NCBI GenBank assembly: GCA_042217695.1
Contig: JBDGSE010000031.1
Coordinates: forward strand, 1 to 57,219
Direction: 5' to 3'
DNA length: 57,219 nucleotides
Source of the DNA: Candidatus Nanohaloarchaea archaeon
GTDB lineage: Archaea > Nanohalarchaeota > Nanosalinia > Nanosalinales > Nanosalinaceae
Position 1 is the first letter of the stretch. Each line of letters opens with the position of its first letter. Below, piece by piece: positions 42,916-52,707 of the stretch. The notes below the pieces were generated by a model. The model was not told where the DNA came from. It saw only the letters and a program-made list of their open reading frames with translations, and searched no databases. Made by a program: the position numbers and the translations under genes.

Positions 42916-44820
42916 TCAGTCAACTCTTTCCTCCAGTTCCTCCTGGAGTATACCCGAAACGGTGTCTCCGTCGGCCTCTATACGAGACATCACGACACCC
43001 ATAAGCGCGCCCTGGGCGTGCATCCCCTGTTCCTCGACGAGCTCGGATTTCTCGTCAAGCACTTCTCTCACAGCGGCACGTATCTCGTCCTCGGAGGATT
43101 TTTCCTCTACAGTACTCTCTATGATCTCCAGGGGTTCTCTTCCTGGCTCTTCGGCCATCGCCGTGAGAACATTATCGATGTCTCCCTTCGCCATCTTTTC
43201 GTTCGCGAGGGCGTCGAAGAGCGCTCCAAGGTGGTGTTCTTCCAGGTTCTCTACCGGGACACCCTCGCCTTCCAGCCGGGGATAGGTGTTCACGAATATG
43301 TTTGCCGCGAGTTTTGTCTCGACACGGTCCCGGAACTTCTCGAACTCTTCCAGGTGTTCCGACCAGACTATCTGGGACGCCAGTTCCTCGCCTATCTCTT
43401 CCGCGAGCTCTTCCTCGCGTTCCTCCAGTGTCTCCGGCAGGTTTTCATCGATCTGGTTTACCCGGTCCTCAGTAACTCTTATCGGCGGTATATCGGTCTC
43501 GGGGTACATCCTGGCGCTTCCCGGCAGAGGCCTCGAATAGCTCGTGGTGAAGTTCTGCTCCGCGTTCCTTGTCTCCTCCGGGATCTCGCCGGAGTAAAGC
43601 ATCTCGGCCCGTTTCCTGACAGCCTCGGCTGCCTCTCCAGCGTTTTCTTCTTCCGCGGCGATGACTGCCACCACGTCTTCTTCTCCCGCGTCGAATTTTT
43701 CCCGGAGTCTTTCGAACTCGGACTCGAGCTCGTAGCTCTCCAGGTCTTCGTCCGTGTGCAGTATGCCCTGGACTCCTCTCGACTTTGCGTAGTCGACAAG
43801 CTCCTTTGCAACGTAGCGCTCGCCGGAGATCTTCCGTTTCATCTTCCCGCTCATCCGCGGCAGTTTTAACGCGTAGACCTTCCCGTTGTTCTCTATCACG
43901 GTCGAGACTATATGGTTGTCCGTGTCCCTGAACAGTTCAGTGACCTCCTCTTTCTCCACCAGGTCGCGGTCCTTTATCCTGTCCAGGAGTTTCTCCGCGA
44001 GCCCGCCCTTCAGTTCTTCCCCGAGTTCGACCAGGTTTTTCTGTCTCTCGACCTCCAGCTCGATCAGGCGGTCGATGTTCTTCACGTCCTGGAATCCCTT
44101 GATCTCCACCCTGGCGCCGTCTTCGATGGATACGTTGACGTCCTGTCTTATGGTGCCGATCCCTCTTCTAGCCTTACGGGTGGAACGCATCAGCATCCCG
44201 AGCTTCATCGCGACCTCCCGGGCGTGCTCCGGGTTCTCTATGGAGGCATCGGTCCCCACCTCGATTAACGGGACTCCCAGACGGTTCAGGTCGTAGACCG
44301 CCTTTTCCTCGTCCCTGGTATGTATCCCTGCGGATTCCTCCTCGAGTTCGATGTCCTCGATCTTTACAGTTCCTGTCTCTGTCTCTATCTCCCCGTCAAG
44401 GCCCACCATCGCGGTGCGCTGGAAACCGGAGGTGTTGGAACCATCGACCACCATCTTCCGCATCACCTGTATCTCTTCTGGGACCTCTGCGTCCACCATC
44501 CTGGCAAACGTCAGCGCCGTGTTCAAAGCCTCGGAGTCCATCTCGTGGGGAGGCTCCTCGTCCAGCTCCACCAGGCAGTTGTTCCGGGAGTAGTATTTGT
44601 AGACGAACCTCTTCGATTTCCGGGCCTCGTACTCCGCCGCGACATCTTTTTCCCCTGTCTCACCGGCGACAGCTCTCAGGTATCTCTCGACCTCTGCGTC
44701 CGGGTTCTCGTCTTCCAGGTCGACAGGGCACTCGCAGAAGAGCTTTGTCTCGGTGTCAAGCTGCTGGTGTATCTCGATGCCACACCTGAAACCCAGTTCT
44801 TCATAGTCTTTATCGCTCAT
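42916..44820 (-). CDS. gatE: Glu-tRNA(Gln) amidotransferase subunit E
   Basis: GFRCGIEIHQQLDTETKLFCECP N-terminus, and GatB/E-like core and tail. Confidence 0.9.
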   Translation of the reverse strand: MSDKDYEELGFRCGIEIHQQLDTETKLFCECPVDLEDENPDAEVERYLRAVAGETGEKDVAAEYEARKSKRFVYKYYSRNNCLVELDEEPPHEMDSEALNTALTFARMVDAEVPEEIQVMRKMVVDGSNTSGFQRTAMVGLDGEIETETGTVKIEDIELEEESAGIHTRDEEKAVYDLNRLGVPLIEVGTDASIENPEHAREVAMKLGMLMRSTRKARRGIGTIRQDVNVSIEDGARVEIKGFQDVKNIDRLIELEVERQKNLVELGEELKGGLAEKLLDRIKDRDLVEKEEVTELFRDTDNHIVSTVIENNGKVYALKLPRMSGKMKRKISGERYVAKELVDYAKSRGVQGILHTDEDLESYELESEFERLREKFDAGEEDVVAVIAAEEENAGEAAEAVRKRAEMLYSGEIPEETRNAEQNFTTSYSRPLPGSARMYPETDIPPIRVTEDRVNQIDENLPETLEEREEELAEEIGEELASQIVWSEHLEEFEKFRDRVETKLAANIFVNTYPRLEGEGVPVENLEEHHLGALFDALANEKMAKGDIDNVLTAMAEEPGREPLEIIESTVEEKSSEDEIRAAVREVLDEKSELVEEQGMHAQGALMGVVMSRIEADGDTVSGILQEELEERVD

Positions 44821-45095
44821 AACCGTCCCCCTCCTTCCAGTACCTCGTTGATCTCCATATCATCGTTCTGCAGCACCTCTACCGCCTCCTTTACCGCCCG
44901 GACGTATTCGGGCCGGGCCTCGAACTCTATCACGTTTTCCTTCCGGTTATACGGGGATCCATCCAGTTCGTACTGTTCCAGCACCTGTTCCGCGGTCTCG
45001 AGCACTTCATCCGCCACTCTCCGGCTCGAGAACTCGAAATACGGTTTTCTGGCAAGCCCTGCCTCTATCTGGAACCCGTACTCACTTGCGGACAA
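44817..45095 (-). CDS. hypothetical acidic protein inside the gatD-gatE operon
   Basis: 92 aa. TTG start with GAGGTGA 6 nt upstream. ATGA overlap with gatE. Confidence 0.55.
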   Translation of the reverse strand: MSASEYGFQIEAGLARKPYFEFSSRRVADEVLETAEQVLEQYELDGSPYNRKENVIEFEARPEYVRAVKEAVEVLQNDDMEINEVLEGGGRL

Positions 45096-45609
45096 TATCC
45101 TTCACCTCTTCCTCCAGCTCGTTAGTTGAACCTGAATCGTTTTCTATCATGTGGTCGCTGAGCGCAAGCAGGTCTCCGACTCCCTGTTTCAGCTCCCGTA
45201 AATCGCGGTCCCGGAGCCCTGTCTCGCGGTCCTCCTCACGCTGGCGCTCCTGTTTCCTTCTCTTTCTCGTCTCCCGCGAGGCCCAGACCCCTATTATCTC
45301 GATGTCTTTTTCGAGTTCGCGTTCAAACAGTTCTTTCTCGTGACGGCTCCTCATACCGGTTATCACCACCCTGTCCTTTTCGTCCACAACTTCCCGGAGA
45401 TAGGGGGTCGAGAGCCGGGCTATGGCGTCCATACCGTGTTCATCCCGGAGCGAGGACACGAAATCGCCCGCAGAGTCAAGCCCCCGTTTATCCATCTCGA
45501 TGCGCACCACGTCGCCCATGTCAAGCATCGTGAAACCCTCTTCCTTCATAACCTCTGCCACGGTGGTCTTCCCCGCGAGAGGCATACCTGTGACGCCGTA
45601 TATCTCCAT
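45082..45609 (-). CDS. P-loop nucleotide kinase-like protein (archaeal UPF0200-like, as I recall the family)
   Basis: MEIYGVTGMPLAGKTTVAE P-loop, MGDVVR, VVITGMRS and a basic/acidic C-terminal helix. Confidence 0.65.
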   Translation of the reverse strand: MEIYGVTGMPLAGKTTVAEVMKEEGFTMLDMGDVVRIEMDKRGLDSAGDFVSSLRDEHGMDAIARLSTPYLREVVDEKDRVVITGMRSRHEKELFERELEKDIEIIGVWASRETRKRRKQERQREEDRETGLRDRDLRELKQGVGDLLALSDHMIENDSGSTNELEEEVKDIVRK

Positions 45610-45610
45610 C

Positions 45611-45850
45611 CTACCTGCCGTCCTGTATCTCGTCTCTTATCACCGATTTTGCCACCCTGTACTCCGTGAAGTCCCGGATCTCGACCGGTCCGAAGGTCTG
45701 TTTTATGAACCGGGACGGGTTATCCAGTTCTTCCCCGTTCTCGTATGATACCACCATGGCGAACTCCTTCAGTATGTCGTCGATGCGTTCAACGTTCCCG
45801 TCCTCCAGGAACTGCTTGGCCTTCCGGTCGAACTCGTCCATCTCCGTCAC
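45611..45850 (-). CDS. hypothetical small acidic protein inside the gatD-gatE operon
   Basis: 79 aa. GTG start, or ATG 9 nt downstream. The stop lies 1 nt before the kinase start. Confidence 0.5.
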   Translation of the reverse strand: MTEMDEFDRKAKQFLEDGNVERIDDILKEFAMVVSYENGEELDNPSRFIKQTFGPVEIRDFTEYRVAKSVIRDEIQDGR

Positions 45851-45898
45851 TTTCTATCACTCGTCTGGGTTGCTTCCTTCTCAATCACTTCAGATCCT

Positions 45899-47197
45899 CT
45901 ATCCATGGTACATCGACCTCGACTCCAACTCGCCGGCGACATCTTCCAGTAACAGTTTTTCGGCCTCCTCCCGGTCTTCTGCGTTGCCGAGCGCCCACAT
46001 CAGTTTGACGTAGGCAAGCTCCGGGTGCATGTCTTCCGCGCCGATTACACCGGCCTGCTGTATCTTCAGTCCCGCGTCGTAGACGTTCATGTCCACCCTA
46101 CCGAACAGGGTCTGGGAGGCCATAACCACCAGCGTGTCTTCGGCCAGCGTTTCCAGTTTCTCAAGTATCTGTTCGTGGTGTTCGGTCTCGTCGTCGAACG
46201 CGTTCACCGGCATGTGTCCCAGCCCGGTTCCCTCGATGACGACGCCGTTGTAATCCTGTTCGATAAGGAACTCGAGTTCTTCCGGCTCCATCCCTGGCCG
46301 GACCTTCAGGTATCCGACGTTCTCGTCGAGCTCCATCGCGGTCCGGTACTCTTCGCCAGTGTTCTCGAAACCTGTCTCTACTTCACCGGTCTCGTAGTTT
46401 ACCCTGCCCAGAGGAGAAGTGTTCACGGCCTGGAAGGCGTCTCTCCTCGAGGTGTGCATCTTTCTTACCTTGTGCGCCGGCAGTATGGAACATTCAGTAT
46501 CGTTCGAGGAGGCGTGCATGCATACGCCGAAACCCTGGAAGTCTGTCTCAGTAAGGAACCGGGCGGCGGAGTACATGTTCATCGCCGCGTCGCTGCTCGG
46601 TCTATCAGAGGACCGCTGCGCCCCTACAAGCAAGACACCGGTGTCGATGCCCTGGAGCATGAAGCTGAGCGCGGCCCCGGTGTAGGCCATCGTGTCCGTG
46701 CCGTGGCCCACGATTATCCCGTCGTAACCGTCCTTTTCCTCATCTATCTTTTCCGCTATCTTCAGCCAGTGTCCGGGCTCCATGTCCTCGGAGAGCATCT
46801 GGGCAACGACCTCGGAGTGCAGGTTGACCTCGTCCGCCAGCTCCGGGTACATCTCCAGCAGGTCCTCCGGGTCGAACGCTGGTTTGACGCCTCCCTCCTC
46901 GTATGATACGCGTGAGGCGATGGTCCCGCCCGTGTGCAGTACAAGTATATCTGGTAGTTCTTCGCTGCGAGTTATCTCCGGCTTCTCCCTGTCCTCTGTA
47001 TCGATGGACTCCACGAGTTCAGGGTCGTCTGCCTCGACACCTATGTTGTAGCCGGAGTCCAGCTTCACCACGAGTACTTCAGGGTCGCCGCTCTCGGGCT
47101 TCGGCATCAGCCTTCCCTCTCTCCCGCCGGCCTTCACACGGTCACCTATCTCTATACCCTCTTCCTCAAGTTTCTCTCGTATCTCGGAGGAGTACAT
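45899..47197 (-). CDS. gatD: Glu-tRNA(Gln) amidotransferase subunit D
   Basis: MYSSEIREKLEEEGIEIGDRV from ATG 47197. Asparaginase-like VLHTGGTIAS and IVGHGTDTMAYT. AT-rich element ~23 nt upstream. The track start at 47317 is rejected. Confidence 0.9.
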   Translation of the reverse strand: MYSSEIREKLEEEGIEIGDRVKAGGREGRLMPKPESGDPEVLVVKLDSGYNIGVEADDPELVESIDTEDREKPEITRSEELPDILVLHTGGTIASRVSYEEGGVKPAFDPEDLLEMYPELADEVNLHSEVVAQMLSEDMEPGHWLKIAEKIDEEKDGYDGIIVGHGTDTMAYTGAALSFMLQGIDTGVLLVGAQRSSDRPSSDAAMNMYSAARFLTETDFQGFGVCMHASSNDTECSILPAHKVRKMHTSRRDAFQAVNTSPLGRVNYETGEVETGFENTGEEYRTAMELDENVGYLKVRPGMEPEELEFLIEQDYNGVVIEGTGLGHMPVNAFDDETEHHEQILEKLETLAEDTLVVMASQTLFGRVDMNVYDAGLKIQQAGVIGAEDMHPELAYVKLMWALGNAEDREEAEKLLLEDVAGELESRSMYHG

Positions 47198-47338
47198 GTA
47201 AACGAGTGAAGTTCGAAAACTTAAGAATCTAGGCATGATGCCGCCGCGGAGATAAAACACGGACCTCCCTTTATAAGATTCACGTCCCGATTGTTCTATA
47301 TTAATAGCTTGAACCAAATTTCTAGGTGAATTTTTCAG

Positions 47339-48649
47339 ATGAAAGTTTACACATTAGGAGGATACGAAGAAGTAGGTAAAAACATGACCGCCGTGGAAAC
47401 CGGCGGAGAAGTTGTGATATTCGACATGGGGTATGACATGGAGAGTGTCATCTCCGCGGAAGGCCAGGTGGACGAGATGACCACCAACCAGAGCCTTGAC
47501 GCCGGAGCCGTCCCCACCGATGAGCAGCTTCTGGAGAAAAATGTTGTAGGGATCGTTATCGGACACGGCCACCTTGACCACGTCGGAGCGATCCCCAAAC
47601 TTGCGGGCGCATACGACTGCCCTATCTACGCTTCGCCATACACCAAGAAGATCGTCGATCGCATGATCGAGGACGATCGCAAAAACATAAACAACGAGGT
47701 AAAAGAGGTCCCGATAGGCGAGGAAGTGGACATAACAGGCGATCTGAGTCTTGAGTTCGCCGACGTGAACCACTCGATTCCTGACGCGACACTGTCGCTT
47801 CTCGACACTCCAGAGGGATACGTGGTCTACGGCAACGACATGAAGATAGACCAGTCCCCCGTCCTCGGAGAGACTACAGATGTCGACCGCCTGAAGGAAG
47901 TCGGGGAGGAAGGCGTGAAAGCCATGATCCCCGGAACCACGAGAGTGGACCAGGACGGACGCGCCCGTTCCGAGCAATCGGTGAAGGTCGAACTCGACGA
48001 CGTGCTGAACTCCTGCTACCAGGCCGGAGGCGCGGTCGTTGTCTCGACTTTCTCATCCCAGATCGGGAGACTGAACTCCATAATCGAGGCGAACGACGAC
48101 CGGAGAAAGATAGCGTTCGTCGGCCGCTCGCTGAAGGAGTACGTCGAGTCCGCCGAGGAACTTGACCTTATCGACACCTCCCAGATAGAGGTGGTTTCCT
48201 ACTTCGACGAGGTCGAAGAACTGATGGAAAAGGTCGAGAACAACAGGGAGGGCTGGCTTATCGTCGCCACGGGCAACCAGGGCGAACCTGGAGCCCAGCT
48301 GAGCAAGATGGCGACCGGCCAGTACCCGTTCCACTTCGAGGAGGGCGACCATGTCATCTTCTCCTCCCGGGTCATCCCTTCCCCTGTGAACGAGGCCAAC
48401 CGTTACAAACTGGAGAAACGGCTGAAGGAACGCGGAGTCCGTCTCTACAAGGGCATCCACACCACGGGACACGCCCTGAAGGAGGACCACCGCGACTTCA
48501 TCCAGTACCTCGACCCGGAGAACATCGTCCCCTCGCACGGAACCATCCAGAAACTCGGTTCCTACGTGGACCTCGCCCGGGAAGAAGGCTACTCCCTTGA
48601 AGAAGACGTTTTCATCGGGGAGAACGGCCGTATCATCGACCTGGACTGA
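47339..48649 (+). CDS. rnj: archaeal RNase J (beta-CASP metallo-beta-lactamase)
   Basis: GHGHLDHVGA (HxHxDH) and a beta-CASP-like C-terminus with HTTGHA. GGTGA lies 10 nt upstream of the ATG. Confidence 0.85.
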   Translation: MKVYTLGGYEEVGKNMTAVETGGEVVIFDMGYDMESVISAEGQVDEMTTNQSLDAGAVPTDEQLLEKNVVGIVIGHGHLDHVGAIPKLAGAYDCPIYASPYTKKIVDRMIEDDRKNINNEVKEVPIGEEVDITGDLSLEFADVNHSIPDATLSLLDTPEGYVVYGNDMKIDQSPVLGETTDVDRLKEVGEEGVKAMIPGTTRVDQDGRARSEQSVKVELDDVLNSCYQAGGAVVVSTFSSQIGRLNSIIEANDDRRKIAFVGRSLKEYVESAEELDLIDTSQIEVVSYFDEVEELMEKVENNREGWLIVATGNQGEPGAQLSKMATGQYPFHFEEGDHVIFSSRVIPSPVNEANRYKLEKRLKERGVRLYKGIHTTGHALKEDHRDFIQYLDPENIVPSHGTIQKLGSYVDLAREEGYSLEEDVFIGENGRIIDLD

Positions 48650-48667
48650 CAGGTCCTCTTCCCCCCC

Positions 48668-48685
48668 TATTCTTTTTCTCTTTTC
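48668..48685 (+). terminator. T-rich tract after rnj
   Basis: TATTCTTTTTCTCTTTTCC, 19 nt after the stop. Confidence 0.4.
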
Positions 48686-48730
48686 CATCCAGAGAACACA
48701 GTTTTAACTTTTTGACCACAACACAGGAAA

Positions 48731-49270
48731 GTGGAAGAAGAACTCCTCCCCTCGGTGCATACAGGGTCCAGGCTGGACCAGGAAGAACTTCTCGAGACAG
48801 GTCGGAGAGCACGTCTCGCCGCGGCGAACTTCCTCGAGGAGGTGGAAGACTACCGGTTCCTCTTCAGGGAATGGAGAAGGGAGCGAGACGGGAAAATAAG
48901 ACGGGAAGCTCTCAACAAGGCATATAACGAGCTTCCAGAAGCGCTCTCCGAGCTTAACCCTCTGCTGGAGGAAGGCAGGCAACTACAGAAGGAACTCCGG
49001 AAAGAAGGTATAAATGGCGACCCAGGCCTGTTCAACGACTACAGCGGGGAACCGGTAGCCTTCAGAAGCGACGAGATACTGGTCGGCGACGAGATACGTC
49101 AGGAATACCGGCGCATGATGGCCGATACGGAGGAGCTGTACCGGGAAGCCCTTAACGAGCTCCACAACGTGGACTCGGAGTTCTACGATGAACTCGGAGA
49201 GACCCACTCCGGGGCCACTGTCATGGAATACCTGCCCCTCGAGTACGAGCCCAGGAGCTCATTCAGGTAG
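48731..49270 (+). CDS. hypothetical acidic helical protein
   Basis: 179-aa ORF with a GTG start and no earlier ATG. Convergent 12-nt overlap with the next gene. Confidence 0.5.
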   Translation: MEEELLPSVHTGSRLDQEELLETGRRARLAAANFLEEVEDYRFLFREWRRERDGKIRREALNKAYNELPEALSELNPLLEEGRQLQKELRKEGINGDPGLFNDYSGEPVAFRSDEILVGDEIRQEYRRMMADTEELYREALNELHNVDSEFYDELGETHSGATVMEYLPLEYEPRSSFR

Positions 49271-49732
49271 CTCCACTCTCACACCTCTCACTATCGAATG
49301 GTTCTCGGCGAAACCCTGCCTGACCTCCACAACGTAGCGCGCAGGCTCCTCACTTCTGTACCGTTTTAACTCTTCCTCTGTGGCGTTGGGCTGCGGATCC
49401 GCGTGTTCAACGTTTATCACCCTCTTTCCAGCGGAGATGAATATCATGTCTAAAGGAACATAGGTGTTCTTCATCCAGAACGTCAGCCGCTGTTCTTCAG
49501 AAAACACGAACAGCATCCCGCCCTCGAGCTCCGTCCGGTTCATCAAACCGACTCGGCGTTCCCGGGGAGTGTCGGCGATCTCCACTTCCAGGGTGGCGAG
49601 CGTGGTGTTGCTGGCGTAGAACGTTACAGTGGCGGTGTCCCCGTGTCCGGGCGTCAGTACGTACAGGAGTCCGGAGAACAGTATAACCAGTGTTGCAAGC
49701 AGGAGCAGTGATCCACGGTCGAGGCTACGCAT
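49259..49732 (-). CDS. DUF192-family protein with N-terminal membrane anchor/signal
   Basis: MRSLDRGSLLLLATLVILFSGLLYVL, then GLMNRTELEGGMLFVF...WMKNTYVPLDMIFI (DUF192 pattern). The track ORF extends to 50425 only as antisense to gltX. Confidence 0.7.
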   Translation of the reverse strand: MRSLDRGSLLLLATLVILFSGLLYVLTPGHGDTATVTFYASNTTLATLEVEIADTPRERRVGLMNRTELEGGMLFVFSEEQRLTFWMKNTYVPLDMIFISAGKRVINVEHADPQPNATEEELKRYRSEEPARYVVEVRQGFAENHSIVRGVRVELPE

Positions 49733-49804
49733 GGCATCCTTTTGTACTGGAGCAACAAAAAACCAGCCGGTTAAATAAAATAGGTTTTCCCACCAGTAAC
49801 CGTT

Positions 49805-51463
49805 ATGGAGCTGGAAGAACTCGCCAGGAAGTACGCGCTGAAGAACGCCGTCGAGCACGGCGGAGAATGCAACCCGGGAGCGGTGATAGGAAAGATATTC
49901 GCAGAGGAAGAGTTCGACGACAAGGGTAAAGTAACGTCCGTTGCTCAAGAAGTCGCGGAAGAAGTTAACTCGCTCTCGGTGGAAGAACAGGAAGAAGAAC
50001 TGGAGAACTACGAGTTCGATGAACAGGAGCAGGAACACGACCCGATACCCGATTTGCCGGGGGCGGAGGAAGGAGAAGTCGTTGTCCGGTTCGCCCCGAA
50101 CCCGAACGGTCCGCCACACATAGGACACGCCCGGGGAATGGTGATAAACGGGGAGCTGCGGGACAAGTACTCTGGCAAACTGATACTGAGGTACGACGAC
50201 ACCGACCCGGTGAAGAAACGGCCCATGAAGGAAGCGTACGAGATGTACGAAGAGGACTACACCTGGCTTGGTTACACGCCCGACGAGGTAAGATACAGTT
50301 CGAAGAACTTCGACACATACATCGAGTACGCCGAAAAACTTATCGAGGACGGGCACGCCTACGTATGCTTCTGCTCCCAGGAGGAGGGAAGCAAACATAG
50401 AGCGGAGGGAACCGCGTGCCCGCACCGCGACAAGAGCCCGGAGGAAAACATGGCGGACTGGGAGAAGATGCGGAACGGCGAGATCTCCGAGGGAGACGCA
50501 ACGTTAAAGATAAAGACGGATCTGGACCACAAGAACCCGGCGGTCCGCGATTTCGTCGCTTTCCGGATAATAGATGAACCGGATCACCCGGTAACGGGAG
50601 ACGAGTACCGGGTCTGGCCGCTGCTGGACTTCCAGGGCGCGATAGAGGACCACGTGATGGGGACCACACACATAGTCCGCGGAAAGGATCTCCGGGCGTC
50701 GACGAAAAGACAGAAATACATCTACGACTACCTCGACTGGGAGTATCCCGAGGTGCGTTACTGGGGAAACGTCCGGATATCCGGTTTTGAAGCACCTGTA
50801 TCCGGCTCCACGCTCGGCAAGATGATAGAGGAAGGCGAACTCAACGGCTGGGACGACCCCCGTGCTCCAACTTTGAGAGCGTTAAAGAAGCGCGGTTTTC
50901 GTCCTGAAGCGATCCAGGAGTTCTTCATCGAGATGGGTGTATCCGAGAACGACATAGAGGCATCCGCAGAGACCCTGGAGTCGGCGAACCGCGACCTGGT
51001 CGAAGAATCCGACAGGTACTTCTTTGTACGCGACCCTGTAGAACTCGAGGTCGAGGACGTTCCCGAAAACGTCGAACCTGAGCTGCCGCTCCACCCCGAC
51101 CACCCTGAAAGAGGTTACCGGAGACCGGGACTTGTCCGGGACGGCGACACGGTGAAGGTATACATAGAAAGGGAAGACCTGGAGGACGGCTTTTTACGCC
51201 TCAAAGGGCTGTGCAACATCGAGCTTTCCGGGAAAACAGCGGAGTACGTCGAGGGCGACCATACCGTCGCGGTAGAAAAGGACGCACCCATCATCCACTG
51301 GGTTTCTGAAGCGGAAGACGCAGAGGTACACATGCCGGACGGTCGAACGTTCCAGGGCCTGGTCGAGCCGAACTCCATAGAGAAAGATGAGGTGGTCCAG
51401 TTCGAGAGGTTCGGGTTCTCCAGGAAGGAAAGCGATGGCGAGTACTACTACGCCCACGGATGA
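49805..51463 (+). CDS. gltX: glutamyl-tRNA synthetase (archaeal/eukaryotic type)
   Basis: RFAPNPNGPPHIGHARG (HIGH), LRYDDTDP and HIVRGKDL. TATA-like TTAAATAAAATA ~27 nt upstream. Confidence 0.9.
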   Translation: MELEELARKYALKNAVEHGGECNPGAVIGKIFAEEEFDDKGKVTSVAQEVAEEVNSLSVEEQEEELENYEFDEQEQEHDPIPDLPGAEEGEVVVRFAPNPNGPPHIGHARGMVINGELRDKYSGKLILRYDDTDPVKKRPMKEAYEMYEEDYTWLGYTPDEVRYSSKNFDTYIEYAEKLIEDGHAYVCFCSQEEGSKHRAEGTACPHRDKSPEENMADWEKMRNGEISEGDATLKIKTDLDHKNPAVRDFVAFRIIDEPDHPVTGDEYRVWPLLDFQGAIEDHVMGTTHIVRGKDLRASTKRQKYIYDYLDWEYPEVRYWGNVRISGFEAPVSGSTLGKMIEEGELNGWDDPRAPTLRALKKRGFRPEAIQEFFIEMGVSENDIEASAETLESANRDLVEESDRYFFVRDPVELEVEDVPENVEPELPLHPDHPERGYRRPGLVRDGDTVKVYIEREDLEDGFLRLKGLCNIELSGKTAEYVEGDHTVAVEKDAPIIHWVSEAEDAEVHMPDGRTFQGLVEPNSIEKDEVVQFERFGFSRKESDGEYYYAHG

Positions 51464-51471
51464 AAACGGTC

Positions 51472-51503
51472 TGAAGATAAAAGGAAAAAAAAGGGAAAAA
51501 CGG
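51472..51503 (-). terminator. strong poly-T tract after the 103-aa gene
   Basis: Minus strand CCCGTTTTTCCCTTTTTTTTCCTTTTATC. Confidence 0.5.
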
Positions 51504-51505
51504 GT

Positions 51506-51817
51506 TTAAAGCGCGGAGGCGAACTCCTCTGCCTTCATCTTCTTGGGAGTGATCTCGTCGGGCAGGTCGATATCGGTGTCATCATCGACTATCTCATCCA
51601 CGGCTCTCCGGGCGATACCTATGGCGCTCTTGCCCTGGGTCTCCCTGTAATTTTCCAGGAGCTCTTCCACGTCCTCTCTGGACGGTTCTCCCGTGAACTT
51701 GAGCTGGTCGTCCTGGAACTCCAGGACATCTAGCTCCTCTGCAGGGCCCCTGGCAAGCGGTCCGATGGTATCGAGCTGCTTGTTCACTATCGTCTCTATC
51801 ACTCTTCTGTAGTTCAT
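51506..51817 (-). CDS. hypothetical acidic protein
   Basis: 103 aa. GAGGTGA lies 4-5 nt upstream of the ATG, suggesting coupling to the upstream membrane-protein gene. A strong poly-T tract lies downstream. Confidence 0.55.
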   Translation of the reverse strand: MNYRRVIETIVNKQLDTIGPLARGPAEELDVLEFQDDQLKFTGEPSREDVEELLENYRETQGKSAIGIARRAVDEIVDDDTDIDLPDEITPKKMKAEEFASAL

Positions 51818-51821
51818 ACTG

Positions 51822-52502
51822 TCACCTCATGAAGCGGAATCTCTCCGCGAGGTTACTCCAGTAAGCAACGGACAGGAAGAGCCCGATCCATACCAGGTTT
51901 GTCAGCTCTCCCAGGACCGTATACCCGAAGTTGTGGAGCATCGAGGCGACGACCAGTGAAAGCACCGTCCCAACGCCTATAACCGCCAGCTTCTTCCTTG
52001 TGGCTCCTGAGGTCAGGTAGGCAGAGTAGAAACTGCTGCCAGCTATCAGGACCGCGCCGGCGGTCATGCCGAGAGGTATCAACATGTTGAACATCGACTT
52101 CCCGTACGTGAGACCGTTCTCGACCACGGCCACGTCAGGCGTGTTCATAACGCCGTAGAAACCCAGAGCGACTCCGTAGGCCACGAAAACCCAGAAGAGG
52201 TTCTCGTATTCCGGAAAGTTGATGCTGCTCTGGACCTTCCAGAGATACCCTACCGAGACAAACGCGAATACATGGGGTATCACGTAGCCGAGGTCCAGTA
52301 CCGCAGGCATCTCGAAGTATATACCTGCGGCGAACATCGTCGCCATAAGCCCGAAGAACGGCACTGACCACACCAGGAAGAACCTGTAAAAGTTCTCCAG
52401 CATCTCGTTGCCGCTTTGCTGGTGTTTCCTGTAGACCGCGTAAAACGCGAGGAACATCAGTGCCGCCCATATCCAGTGACTGTATACGACTGTAGGAATC
52501 AT
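51822..52502 (-). CDS. hypothetical 7-TM membrane protein
   Basis: 226 aa with seven hydrophobic segments by eye and no family motif recognised. Confidence 0.6.
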   Translation of the reverse strand: MIPTVVYSHWIWAALMFLAFYAVYRKHQQSGNEMLENFYRFFLVWSVPFFGLMATMFAAGIYFEMPAVLDLGYVIPHVFAFVSVGYLWKVQSSINFPEYENLFWVFVAYGVALGFYGVMNTPDVAVVENGLTYGKSMFNMLIPLGMTAGAVLIAGSSFYSAYLTSGATRKKLAVIGVGTVLSLVVASMLHNFGYTVLGELTNLVWIGLFLSVAYWSNLAERFRFMR

Positions 52503-52707
52503 ACGTGTTAAACTTATACAACCCGGTTAAAAACTGGTCTGGTTACCTCCAGGTAGCCCGGAAATGGAATTCTCTACTACACGCACTCCTAGAGGCCGGA
52601 AAAACCGGTTTTTTAGACCCTATTCTCTGTTCGGTAATAATGATATTACCTACAACTTTCTTTATATGGGCTGGAAAACAAATTATTGCTTCCGGGGGAG
52701 GGTATGT

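Noticed and set aside
49733-50425. Upstream two-thirds of the 388-aa minus-strand ORF 49259..50425
   Set aside because: It is antisense to the well-supported gltX gene and has an Arg/Val/Phe-rich composition. Only the last 157 codons (from ATG 49732) match a DUF192 protein with an N-terminal anchor.
51822-52502. Microbial rhodopsin (7-TM, ~226 aa, halophile context)
   Set aside because: The last helix has no lysine, and there are no RYxDW or DTx-type motifs.
52600-52613. Perfect 14-bp palindrome AAAAACCGGTTTTT, followed by one further T, as a terminator
   Set aside because: It lies upstream of both flanking divergent genes with nothing to terminate, and the stem would be A-U only around a 4-nt centre. 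It may be a protein-binding site, but there is no supporting evidence.
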